Position numbers and translations under genes: made by a program. A stretch of 64,000 nt of DNA, from contig JAYWIR010000032.1 in NCBI GenBank assembly GCA_036172245.1, positions 1,116,001 to 1,180,000 on the forward strand, in the 5' to 3' direction. A model generated the notes under the pieces. It saw only the letters and a program-made list of their open reading frames with translations. It was not told where the DNA came from and ran no database searches. The stretch is from Raillietiella orientalis. Lineage: Eukaryota. Positions 24,281 through 36,400 of the stretch are shown here, in pieces (the stretch's first letter is position 1; every line of letters begins with the position of its first letter).

Positions 24281-26549
24281 GAAAAGGAAAGGAAAGGCAA
24301 GGAAAGGATTAAAGGAAAGAATGCGATCTGAGCACGCTGTGAACTTCCTCCTCCCCAAAAGCGAGCCTGCTTATGAGCAAGCCGGCCGGAATCTTCCGTT
24401 CTAATCCCGAGCAACCAACTGACAATCCCTGCATGTTCGCTCATTTATTCGAACAGTGTTTACTTCTGTCTGCTTAATCGGTCTCCCCCTCTAGGATTGA
24501 CCATTCCCTCTTTAGAGCAGGGGATCATTCTTCCAAACAACTTCTGGACAGCGGGATGCGTTTCGTACTTTCGGGCACGAGATGGGGTCTTCGTTCGAGA
24601 AATCGAGCAGAGTGCAGCGTTGTCGGACAAATTGGTTCTTTCGAGGTGCGACCATCCAGTTGCTTCCATTCGAAAGTTGGGAGAGGACAACATCTTCCTC
24701 ATTTACTTGGGCTGCCAAAGGGACTTCCAGGCAGCCCGCACGGATGCCGCTTTCGTCATGCATTCGGAGTGGAGGGTCCATGACTACGGCCCTCGCTCGA
24801 GGTGCCCTTGGAGAGTTTCCTGGTAGCTCTCCTTCCCTCTCCAAGAGCTGAGTCAGGAGACCTCCGAAAAAGGAAAAAAGAGAGGGTCTCAAGGAGATTT
24901 AAAGTAAAAAAAAAAAACACTGCGGTTTTTTTCTGCATCTCTCCAGGATCTCAGGGGTCCAGCGCTAGCGAGGGTTCCCTCAGTGAGGACGGAGGAAGGT
25001 CCGCTCCGTTGTTCATGATCCTCCTGAGGGCAAGGAGCAGGGGATTTTTTCCTTTTTCGTTCAGCGATGGTAGGGCCACACCCCAGCCGTGTTGTTTCAA
25101 CCGGACAATTCGTTTCACTTTTTCCAAATGGGTAAGCGTCGGATAGGTCGACCCATGGACCCGCTTCCCATAGAGAGGGAAACATCGAATCATTCATGGA
25201 AACGCAAACGGTCTATAGAAGCGGATGTTAACGCAAGGAAACAAGCAAGTGAGTCTCCTGCTATGGCCTCGCAGAGACTCCACGAAACCTCCTGGGCAGG
25301 TGATGCCTCCCCCCCCCCTTCCGAACATCAGTGCGTGGACGGCCCGAACCTCCCGTACGCCACCGGTTCTTCGTGCATTCGTTCTCCGTGCGGGAGGAGG
25401 TCGCCACGTACGGCGCGCGCGGCGTCCGATCGTGCTAGTTGCAGCACTCGACACCAGAGTGCTCGCGCATCCTCAGGCAACTTCGTCTCTGCTCGCTCGG
25501 CTGCCGCAGCAGCTGCGACCGCGCTCCCTCGGAAGAGTGGCGGCGGACGACCCGAACCGCTCCTCCGTCCTGCCAGCCGCGGTCTGTCCTGACCTCCCCC
25601 ACCCCCGTCCCCCGGGCACATAAGCTGTCACCCGGGTGCGAGGAGCGCATCCATCCCCTGCGGAGATGTCCACGTGCCCGTCTGCCCACGCATCCGACTC
25701 AGCGAGCACTTCGCGAGTCCTTGTCACGGGTGAAGCCAAAGGTGGCCCCACGCGTCGTCCGACCCGGCTCCAACGAGACCCCCGAGGGCCAACGTGCCTG
25801 CCGTGAGCCCTCCCCAGAGCAGGAAGACTCCCCTGGAGATCGGTAGCCGTCTGCCCGGACCTCCAGAGTTGCCGCCGATCCCTTGGCGTCCCTTCGCGCC
25901 CGCGCTCCCCAGCGGACGCGCAGGAAGTCGCACTCTCTCGAGCGGTTTTCGCCGAAAGGAAGCCCCTCAAGGATGGCCTGAGGGATGTTGCTGCTGCGTC
26001 TGGAGGAAAGGCGGCTCCTAACCCGTCCCCTTCCAGAAGAGACCCCGGAGAAGGAGGGAAGGCGAGAAAGGAAGAAAAAGAAATCCGCTGCGACACCACG
26101 GAGCGGTCGCGGCGTACCCCGGAGGGAGGGGTATCGCGCGACTGACGAGGGAGCGGGCTCGAGGCCCGTTTGCGGCACCGGGGGCGTTCGCGAAAGGGAG
26201 GAGGCGCTCCGAGAACTCGCGGTCCGACCTCGGGGATGTAACCTTGTCTTCGAGCAGGAGCGCTCCAGGAAAACGCCCTACCGAGGGCGCAAAGCAGGGC
26301 ACACCACGACCAGATCTGCCCCGCGGACGCAAACTAGCCGGTGTGTAAGGGTGTAACCTTGAGGTAGCCGAGCCCGCGCTCTGGGGATCCCAGAGGTTGT
26401 CAGGAAAGGTGGCAGGAAGATGGAGACCCCCAGTCAACGTCAGCCTAACGCAGGGTCCCCTAGGAAGGCCTAGAACGGGCCACTGGACATCCCCCTGGAG
26501 GAGGGGTGGGAGGTAAGGCGACCAGTCGGACCGATCCCTTCGGACGAGC

Positions 26550-27450
26550 AGCCTTATCGTTCAGGAGGAGGACCGGGAAGGAGGCTCGCTCCCACGAGGA
26601 CAGGGAGAAGGGATCGGATGAAGGTCCGCAAGGGAAGCGGAGGCGTTTCCCGGGCAATCGGCCGCCGACTTCCGCTCCGTCGAGTGTGCGGCCACAGCGG
26701 CCGACGCGGAAGCTGCGTCGGAGGGCGGCTGCGTTCCCGGAACCGTGGACGGGAAGCGATAAGGGCAGAAGGACAGGAAAGGGAGAGAGGAGAAGGAAGG
26801 GACCTTCCCTCGGTAGCGCTCTGACCCGCTGACACGCTTTTCCCAGGTACGCCTCCACTCCGAGGGAATCCGCTTCGACCTCCGCCATGCCCCACTGAGG
26901 AGCTCCCGGGAAACAATGGGAAGGTGAAGAAGGGGCATTCCCTCCTCTCCCTCGGAACTCCCACGCTGTCCACGGACAGGCAGACGTGAACGCCGCCTCT
27001 CGTCTCCTTGGAAACGACCCGCGGAGCTTTTCCCACTCTTCCTCTTCCACCGTTTGGGGCCTACCCCTCCAAACGATGGCGTCCCGACCCCCCCCCCCCC
27101 TTCCACACCACGGTCTCCACTTTTTCCATCAGCCTCCGAAGAGCAACCCACGCACCCTGAAGGGGTCGTCTCGCACTCAAAGCCATCCCGAGACGTTTCT
27201 TTCCCTCCTCGAAAGGAGCGAGAGGACCAACTGGGGACGGGACCAAAGGAACAGGAGCGAGGGGGGAATAAGGAAATGTTCCTCCACATCGCTCCCTCCC
27301 GGAATACAAGAGGGATGCTGCAGTCCCATGCCCCCTCCAGCTTCCCAGGCTGGAGAGAGAATCCGAGCCCACGCCGGCACTCCCACAGTAGCGCGCTGAG
27401 AGCGCGCACGGCCTCCGGATGCGGACATACAGGGACCGGATTTCCTCGAC
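26550..27450 (-). mobile_element. decayed non-LTR reverse transcriptase
   Basis: SIPLVFREGAMWRNISLF (WRPISL), EADGKSGDRGV (D..KafD.v) and GVPRERRECPFFTFPLF (GV.QGcPlsp.LF), in order on the minus strand. Confidence 0.55.
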
Positions 27451-27598
27451 CCTAGACCCTCGCCTACAGAAAAACGGGGGAGCGATCTTCGCACAGGAAC
27501 CCCCGTCTCCTTGGTTACCAGCACATCCACTCATCTGCCCAGGCAAGTCAAACACCTCTGCGTCCACCTCTTCTCATATCTTTCACGGATCTATCCAC

Positions 27599-27765
27599 GT
27601 GTCTTTCATACGCCCGTGCACGTATCCATCCACGTAACTATCGATGTGCCTTTCACACTCTGCACACGCAACCATCCACGCATCCATTCACTTGTCTTTC
27701 ACACCTTCGTGCACGTATCTATCGACGCAACTGTTCACGTGTTTTTCACACGCTTGTGCTCGTGT
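27599..27765. repeat. degenerate ~47-bp tandem repeat, about 3.5 copies
   Basis: TTTCA anchors at 27604, 27651, 27697 and 27744 with a shared gtgcacgtatc.atc.acg.aact core. Confidence 0.75.
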
Positions 27766-29099
27766 GTATTTTCACATTCACGGAGACATGATTACATAAC
27801 TGTCAATACATTTGTTTTCACACATTTATTGCTACACATCTGCCAATAGGGGGGTGGTACTCTCAGATGTACTTTTCCCATCTTGGCTCTCGTATGCGTT
27901 CCCTCTTCTATTGATTCATCTTTTCGTACGTGCACTCCTGCATGTGTTCCCCTATCTGCTCACATGCCTGCGGATTAATTATCTGCTCACCGCGCGCAGT
28001 GGGACAGTTTTGTTTGGTGCCTCGCGTTTTCAAGAGTGGATGTGACGTCATTACGTGGATGTGCCGCCTGCTGCCTGTGACTCGGTCGTCCTCAGTTACA
28101 AGCAGCTGCTTCTATCAAATGCGTTCATCCCTCCCCGGTTTTCCCCTCTCCCCTCCACCCACCCGCCCACCCACACACGCGACGTGCGAGCTGCGAATCC
28201 ATCCTTAGGAACCCGAGGTGTTTTCCCTGCAGCAACCGGCCGCCGTCTTTCGGAAGGCTCGGGGAGGAGGAGTCGTTCCTCCTGTGGATCCGAAGGTGTG
28301 TCTAATTGGCTTGCACCGCATGGATAGTAGACGGGAAGAGCGCGGTCGATGGCTGCGCGAGTACGGAGTGGGATTGCCTCTGGGACGGGGACCTACGGCT
28401 GCCGGAGAGATGGGGCATTGGGTCGGCAATCGATTCCTTGGAATCGGAAGGGCTCTCATGGAAGCGGGGAACCACTTTTCGCCTTGAGGAGGGTGCGTGC
28501 ACGACCGAAGCCGCGCCTTCGAAGGGAGAGGGCATGGTATGGCCGCATCAGGGGTCGCTCCCCTCCGATCTGCCGTGGTGGGGTGAAAGGCGCTGCCATC
28601 TGCCGCGCCCAAAGTCGGGAAGGCAGCGAAGGGAACTCGGGGAAGAAAAGGCCTGTGGCACTTTTTGCGACTCCGAGATAACGAAAGCAGACGGACGGCT
28701 GCAAGCAGTTTTCTGCAGAGGGCAGGCATCAACGAACTGTCCAGGAAAAAAGTCCCGGACAGTTAGTTGAATAAAGGGACAGTCCTGGGAATCGAGATGG
28801 GCATGTCGCCATGCAGTGGTCAACTCGACCCTTTAGCAGTTTCTCATATGCTCGCAAAGCCCAATTTTTTTTTAATTTTTTCAAGGAAAACTAGTAAACC
28901 TGGTTTATTCCCCCTTGTTATGCCGGCACGTTCATTTTATAAAAAAATAAAATAGAATAAACATGCAGCTTGGAAACACGTTCCCGAAACAGAAAGAGCA
29001 GCAATGGGAAGAGCTCAAAGAGAGAGCAGACAGACACGCAGGTGGTTTCCTGGAGCAGTCTGAAGCGGGAGGGACAGGAGGCAATAAAGGAGCGAGGGG

Positions 29100-29700
29100 G
29101 CACAGATCTTTGGCTTGAGGCTCTTCTTCCTCCCCTCAGCAACAGCGTGGGATGCCGGCGACCTCCGATGTGACCTCATCTTCCAAGGGAGCCGTCCTCG
29201 TGCCGGCGGCTGTCATGCGGGTGACCTCCCTTCTCTGCTGCGCCTAATACCCCAGCCGACGGCGAACCGTGACGGTGGCGCGCACGCAGCATCTCGGCGT
29301 CCGTCGGGACTCCGTCCCGCGCGAAGAACCGCCTCGGCAGGTCCTCGGAGGTCTCTTCACGAGCGCTTCGGGGCAGCATCCTCCAGCGCTCCTCGAGGGC
29401 GCCGCGGTCGCGCAGCAGGTGCGGGAGCGGTTCTCGTTGTCCTGGCAACGGTTCGAGGATGCAACTTCTTTCGGGAAACAAGGTGCCTGCGCCGGTTGCA
29501 CGAATCTCCCAGCGCAGAAACAGCAGACCATTCTGTTTCCACCGGAGAGGTAGCACCATAGTGTCCACGTACAGGAGAAAGACTACGAGTTTTTCGGGAT
29601 GGGGAAGGCGCAGGGTCATACCGAGCAGGTCATTCCACCGAAGGAGCCCTAATGCCCGCGTTCCCGGGAAGCTGGACGCCGCCTTCCAGCCGCCCAGCGG
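29100..29700 (-). mobile_element. LINE 3' fragment, second subfamily; inverted homolog of 33130-33420
   Basis: tctgctgtttctgcgctggg...ttcgcgcgggacggagtcccgac is shared with 33150-33400; the peptide RRLFARDGVP is related to RLLFVRDALP. Confidence 0.6.
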
Positions 29701-30263
29701 CTCTTTTCTATTCAACCCCTCTCTTTTCTACTCTAACTACCCACGCATCAATTCATTCTCAATTTACAAGTTACAGATTGGTCGTTCCCGCAATGACTCA
29801 GAAGAACACCCGCCCTTCCGCGCAAACGGCAAAAACACTGTGGCATGAGCGCGCATTCCGATCGAGAGCAGGTCTCGGGCCGCCCCCACCGAGGGGCCGG
29901 TAGCGGGGTAACCGAGCTCTTCAAGACACCCAGGAAACGTCTGCGACTCTGCTTCGCTTCCTTGCACCTAAGAAACAGGGGGCAGCCTGACGAAGCGGGC
30001 GCTCCTGGCGCATGCAGTCTCCACCTGCTCCGGATTCCAGCATCCATTGTGGAAGCGGTTGCCGCGTTGCTCCATGTGCGCCGCAGGCGAGAATTGGAGG
30101 CCGTGAGACTGTAGCCGCCGGGAGTGGCATCACCCAGCGTTGCGGGTTCGAATCCCGCCCGGGGTAGGACCGACGTCGAGAAATGGGTGCGTCCTGAGTT
30201 TCGAGTCCCACCTCGCAAAGATGACGCTCGTTGACCTATTCGGGTGCAGCACTGGTTGAAACT

Positions 30264-31330
30264 CAATCACACCAGGGAGTTTATTTATAAAATAAACCTA
30301 CACGTCTGTGGCAGGACGTTTGATCCTGCCACGTTACTTGTAACTACTAGAAGGAGCCTCCCTAGAGCCGGCAGCGGGATTCGCCTCTTCAGCACAGAGG
30401 AAGGGCAGACAAACAAAAAGAAAAACATAAAACAAAAAAATTAGGTCAAAAAAAGGGGAGGGTTCGGGAAGGGATCCCTGGGTGCCAGAGGGTGTCCTCT
30501 GCATCCTTGTAAGGATGCCGGCAAGTTCCTGTTTCAAGACTTCCAGATGGGACCATCTTAACCCCATCCTCATGAAGAGAACAGCAAAATACATGGCATC
30601 CCCGTCATTCTGGTCTTCTCTGGCCTTGCTTCATGCGGTCACGATCCCGCGCGGGCAGCGCAGAGCCGCTAGGGATGCAGCCGGAGTGAGGGCGTCACGC
30701 GGGAAGAGGAGCTTTCAAACGACTCTGGCGTTGTCTCCGGGGGTTCCAAAGGTCACGACAAAGCGTCCCTAAAGGTTCCGGAGGGCAACGCAGTCCACTG
30801 GGAGGTGTGGGAGGGATCCCCACTTCCTGCACCTTGCACAGTTTGGGTCCACGCACCCCCGTGTGAAGTAATGCCTACGGGCGTTGCATGGGAGTCCCCA
30901 GTGCAGCAGCATCAATGCCTACTCCTGCAACTTTAAGGGAAGCATGCGGGTGTTCATGAGCACCGGGGGCCACTGCAGGTCTTCCTCCGGGATTTCCAGC
31001 AGCACGAACCAGCGCAAAGGTGCACAACGCCGAGAAATCGGGGTCACAGCATCGGTGAGCTGACCCGTCGTCCATTCGCTCAGTCTTTCCACCTTCCGGA
31101 GATTTCCGCAGTAACCACCCATCTAGCAGCAAGATGCTGACCATGTGTTCCCTGAGAGGGGGCAGAGCGGCGGTGAGGGAGATTCTGCTTGCCCATGCAC
31201 TCTTCGCGGGATCTTCCAGGATCTCCCGGAGCATGCAGTTTTGTTACGCGCGTACAGGAAACGTCGCACCTGTTGCGCCTTGGCTCCTGGATTCTCGCCC
31301 ACATGCGAACGGTTTCCTGGCTCCGTGAGA
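30264..31330 (-). mobile_element. L1/Tx1-like LINE 3' fragment nested in R1
   Basis: LREILEDPAKSAW, LPLKLQE and a VDPNCARC-type Zn motif; T-rich UTR and AATAAA. Confidence 0.8.
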
Positions 31331-31719
31331 GGCACTGGAGGAAGCCGGAAACCGGTTGCCTCATAGACTGGTCAGAATTCGAGGCTGACCTTTCGGGATA
31401 CTTCCAGGAATCGGGGAGCCCTTCGATTGTGAAAATGGATCTGTGTCTACTCTCAAGGGAGGACTCTCCATGCCATACCATGGAGCTGATGGATCGATAC
31501 CTCTCCAGAGTGTCAAGAAGCGCGCTGCTCCCTTTGGGAAAGCGTCCCTTAGAGAAATTGGGAAGCAACCCTTCGTGGTTCTCTTTAGAGGAGGAAACAG
31601 GGAGCATATCCTTTTCTGGAATTCCCTCCGGAAAAGAAACCACGGAGAGGAACTATCTGGGGGTCCCTCCGGAAATGAGGAAAGATAATCCTTCCGGGGT
31701 TGACTCCGGAGACAACCAG

Positions 31720-32750
31720 AGGGCCGAGATCCGAAGAGTGGAACTGGCTGGGACTCGGCATCTGCGCCCGCTGCTCACCGCCGAAGATCCTCGAGGACCC
31801 CCAGCATAAGCTCATGGGAGGAGTGGAACCCCTCCTCCCCATCCCTGGGAGCAACGAAGCCTTCCTGAGGAGGGAGCTTGGCAGCAGTTAACCGCCGATG
31901 TGGGAGGTCTTCTGCGAGATCGCAGGCAGGAGAAAGCTGATGAGCCGATGAACCGCGAAACAGATCGCGGATGCTGCGACCCCGAATGCCCTTCCGAGAG
32001 GACTGCAGCGCTGGGGCGAGCCTCTCGGCATTCTAAGAGAAGACCTGGAGTGGACCCCAGTGCTCGAGAACAGCAGCGCCCTCCCCCTGAAGTGGTGGGA
32101 GTCGGCCCTTCAGGGGAAGTCGGCACTTGTTGCTTTTGCACTGGGGTCTCCTCTGCAACTCCCGCCGACACCACTGGACGCTGGGGAGGGCGAGCCCGGA
32201 CTGTCGAAGATGCGGGGAACGGGAATCCCGACTGCATATGCTCGTGGACTGTCTTGCCCTCCGTTCCCTATGGGGGCGTCTGGGAACTACCCCACAGGGA
32301 CGTCTTACGGCTCCTTTTTGTTCGGGATGCCCTGCAGCCAACCGCAGTCCCAGCAGCGCTTCGCTGCATCCACGGGATTGCGGCGGCCTCGAACGAAGCC
32401 ATCAGAGGAAGAAACGGAAATGCCGTCCAACTCACAGTTTGCTTTCTGCGGATGGTGGCCAGATGACCCCACCTGGGACCTATTCCGATGGACCTATTCT
32501 GGCATCCTGGAAAGGATGCAGCGGACTCCCTCTAGTGAACAGTGGTTTCCTCCTGACTCTCCCTAAGATTTTTATTTATTTTTATCCCCCTTTTCTTTTT
32601 GTTTTCTCCCCTCCCCCTCCGCTGTCGAGTTGACCCTTACTGGTCTGCGTACCAGCGACCCGGCAGGTCCGTGGACAAACGGAGTGTGGTAGGGCCACAC
32701 GTCCCACAACAGTACATGAGGTTATTTATGCCCCGGCGTGTCCAGGTGGA
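31720..32750 (+). mobile_element. L1/Tx1-like LINE 3' fragment nested in R1
   Basis: WNWLGLGICAR...KILEDP, LPLKWWESAL and LLLHWGLLCNSRRHHW...CRRCGERESRLHMLVDC; T-rich UTR. Confidence 0.85.
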
Positions 32751-33129
32751 AATCGAGGATAACCAGGATTTAGGGTTCCCATCGGGGTTACCTCCCAAGC
32801 GTGAGAGGAACGGACCCCTTCCTCGGGTGTCCTTCCTGGTTTCATGGGGTACCCTCCGGCTTAAAGGTTTTAGCACGCACTCTGGGGCGGCGCGGAAGCG
32901 GTGCGGGCAAGAGTCCAGCGCCACCTTCGTTCGCACAGAACCCACACAAATGGTGGTCGTGACCACCGGCGCATTTGGGCCGTCATGCCCCCCTCCCTTC
33001 CCCTCTTTGACTTCGTCAAGAATTCTGGCGAAGGATCCATGCTATCCGCACCTTTGGTTCACCACGGAGAGTTTTCCAGGGCGGAAACATCCCGTTCCCA
33101 TGACAAAGGGTGAAACAACTTGGATGTGA

Positions 33130-33600
33130 ACACGTGATGGAAACGGGATCGTCTGCTGTTTCTGCGCTGGGGCTTCCGATGCAACCGTCGCGAGCACCTC
33201 GTTTCTCGGGGGAGTTGTATCCTCGAACCATTGCCAGGACGATAAGAACCGCTCCCGCACCTGCTGCGCAACCGCGGCGCCCTAGAGGAACGTTGGCAGA
33301 TGCTGGCTCTCGAAGCGCTCCTCCTGAAGAGACCGCCGAGGACCTGACGCGGCGGCTCTTCGCGCGGGACGGAGTCCCGACAGACGCCGAGATGCTGCGT
33401 CGAGGCCGGAATCCCGTTAGATGAAGAAACTCCTGACGGGATTCAGCGTTCCCTACAACAGCGTCCGGGGGAAGTCGCTTGGCAGTTGCGTCCGTCACTC
33501 CCTCCGCTCCTGCTCTTCTAGCATACCCGCGTCGTGTGAGCCACGACTCCATCTTACCTGGATTGGGATGGCATCTGGAGGGGAGGAGGCAGGACGCTGT
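33130..33600 (+). mobile_element. LINE 3' fragment, second subfamily
   Basis: Homologous to 29285-29545 in reverse orientation; ctgcgctggggcttccgatgcaac resembles the HWGLPCN-coding block. Confidence 0.55.
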
Positions 33601-33669
33601 CGCTCTGGAAGCAGCAGTCGAAGTGCCTCGTACGGTGGAGGAGAAGACGGCGAAATTTGATTCATCATT

Positions 33670-34900
33670 CGGTCACGCCCGGACGTTTATTTTAAAAATC
33701 AATCATGAGCATATAGGTGAAGGGCCGTCGGCCCTACATTTCGCGATTATGCTCAGAACCAGCGGAGTGACCGATGCGCAGTCCGGCGAGGTTCACCTCG
33801 GCAGCGGAGGAGGAGGGGGCAAAAAAGAATAAAAATAAAAGAAAAAAATTTATATACAAAAAACATGGGAGGGTTAGGTAAGGGATCACCTGGAGCTGGA
33901 GGGAGTCCTCTGCATCCTTCCCTGGAAGCCGGCAAATTCCATACGAGTATGCCCCAGGAGGGACCATCTTGCTGCCGTCCTCAGGAAGCGCAGATCGATG
34001 CAGGTGGCATCCCTATCGTGCCGTCCTCCCTCGCGTAGCTCCAGGCCGCCACAGTCCCTCGTAGGCAGCAGCAAAGAGCTGCTGGAGACACGGCAGGCGA
34101 AAGGCCATTGAGCACGAAGAGGCATCCCTGGGATTGTTCGTCGGTGCCCCAAGGGCCATTGCGTAACGCAACTACAGGTGCCGGAGGGGAACACAGTTTG
34201 CGAGCAGGTGCAGTCCAGTGAGACGGGAGGGCGTAGCACGGGAGACCCCAGTGCAGCAGCAGAAGTACCCACTCCTGTCACTTCAGGGGGAGGGCTCGGC
34301 TGTTCTTCAGCGTTCACTCGAGGTCTTCCTGTAGGATTCCCAGCAGCTCACCCCAGAGCAATTGTGTTTCGGTGGGGACTTGGGGTCGTAGAGTTCGTGC
34401 GTTGGCCAGTGTTCCAGCCACCTAATTCCTTCGTCCGAAGAATTATTTCGCAACTGACCTGTTCCCATTTATCCGGCTGGTTACTGCTCAGGTGCTCCCT
34501 GAGGGAGGGCAGTGCCGCGGCTAGGGACGTTCTTTGAGCCCACGCACACGTATTGGTGACGTCCTGCAGCGGGCAGTTGTTGCAGAAGGAGTGCAGCAGC
34601 CGCTGCCGCACCTCCGGGCTCGCTTCGCTGCTCTTGACCCACGTGCGAGCGGTTTCCTGCAACCAGGCGCTACCGTTCGCACGTCGGCAGGAGATCCAGG
34701 CGTTGGTCCCAGTCAGCCTGGCCACTCGACGGAGCCCCAGTCCGCAGCTGGATATGTTGCGTCTGCGACGCCGCTCCAGGAACGAAGACGGTCCCGCGTA
34801 GCCGGTGGCTCGCTTGACCAGCTGTCGTGCGGGTTTGCAACAGTTCGCGCTCCAAAGCTTCGCCACTAAGGCAAGCGTCCTCCACTGGAGCGATGCATCA
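33670..34900 (-). mobile_element. L1/Tx1-like LINE 3' region (thumb, Zn region, 3'UTR)
   Basis: IAPVEDACL, AWLQETARTWV, WEQVSCEII..KELGGWNTGQ and GDPLPNP; UTR with AATAAA. Confidence 0.78.
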
Positions 34901-34949
34901 TGGGAGGGAGTGGGTGACGTGGACGACCGTACGTAGGGTTACGAGGGAG

Positions 34950-36400
34950 CCACCCCCGACTGTTATCATCATCGCTTTCCGTTCCTCCAAAGCACGGGAT
35001 CATTCGAGAAATGGGGGGATGGGGTAGCATCCCGTGACGTCAGTCTCCACGCGCCGCCGCTGCTGACGGTTATCAGAACAATGCCTGCTCCCATTGCTAA
35101 GAGAGGTGACCAAAGATGCTCTCTTCTTGAGCACCCCGATGCTTCAGGACGGATCATCTTCGCGAAAGGGACGTGATTCGGGTCGAGGGTCGGATTGCTC
35201 CAGGTGGCACAGGAAGCTGCTTTTTAAACCGAGGAGCCGAGTTTGATACAGCAACTGCTCCCGCGCTCCGACGCTCCAGACGACGCGAAGTCTCCGTGGA
35301 GAACCAAAGGCGCCGCGGCTCGGGCGCTGCACGGTTCCCTCTCCAGAATCCTTGAAGGATGCAAGAGGTCTAAGCGGGAGGGAGGGGGGCGGGACTGCTT
35401 AAATGAGCCGGAGACCACGACTACCATTTATGTGGGTTCTGTGCGAACGAAAGTGGCGATGGACTCTGACCCGCACCGCTTCAGCGCCGCCCCAGGGTGC
35501 GTTTTAAAACCTTCAAGTCGGAGGGTACCCCATGAATCCCAGATGGGCTCCCTAGGAAGGGGTCCGTTCCTCTCACGCTTGGGAGGCAACCCCGAAGAGA
35601 ATCTTCGCCATGGTTGTCTACCAGGGGAACCCCGAAGGGAACTTCTTCCTCTTTCTCTCCGAAGGGACCCCCGGATAGTTCCGCTCCGTGGTTTCTTCTC
35701 CGGAGGGACTTCCAGGAAAGGATCTGCTCCCTGTTTCCTCCTCTAAAGGGAATCATGAAGGGTCGCTTCCCAATTTCTCTGAGGGACGCCTTCCCAAAGG
35801 GAGCAGCGCGCTTCTTGACACTCTGGAGAGGTATTGATCCATCAGCTCCATGGTATGGCATGGAGAGTCCTCCCCTGAGAGTAGACACAGATCCATTTTC
35901 ACAATCGAAGGGCTCCCTGATTCCTGGAAGAATCCCGAAGGGTCAGCCTCCGATCCCGACCAGTCTACAGGGGCATCCGGCTTCCACCAGTGCAACGCAC
36001 GGATCCTACAGGCCAACCAGTGCCACCATCTAGGGTGGAGGAGGGTGGAATCGAAAAGTTGCGACTCGCCTCCCGTTCTCGGAGTTGATCCTTCCCTGGG
36101 CGGGATTTGAACCCGCAACGCTCGGTACGCCACGCGCGGCGGCAGCAGCCACATGACCTCTAACTCTCGCTCTCGCGCGCACATGGAGCAACGTTGCAGT
36201 CGCTTCCGCAGGGGATGCTGGAGTCCGAAGCCGGCGAAGACTGCACACTCCAGGAGCACCCGCTTCATTAGGATGCGCCCTGTTTCTTAGGTGCAAGGAA
36301 GCAAACGCTATGTTCCTGGAAGGTTCCCGGATCATTCTCGGGATTGCTGCGGCCTTCTGAAGATTCCCAAACCGCCCGAAGACGATGATGGATGCGGCCT
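34950..36400 (-). mobile_element. longest R1 copy: ORF1-like region running into an APE-like domain
   Basis: The minus strand reads ESIATFVRTEP.MVVVVSGSFKQSRPPPS...PLVLHGDF and PHFSNDPVL at the SDH position. Confidence 0.65.

Larger units (their letters stand above)
29940..33110 (+). mobile_element. R1 element split into three pieces (29940-30263, 31330-31720, 32750-33110) by two nested LINE insertions
   Basis: The pieces are collinear with the uninterrupted minus-strand copy at 35270-36310; degenerate TSDs flank both insertions. Confidence 0.75.

Noticed and set aside
30090..30165. tRNA gene suggested by GGTTCGAATCCC
   Set aside because: No acceptor, D or anticodon stems could be formed; the motif is embedded in the R1 repeat.
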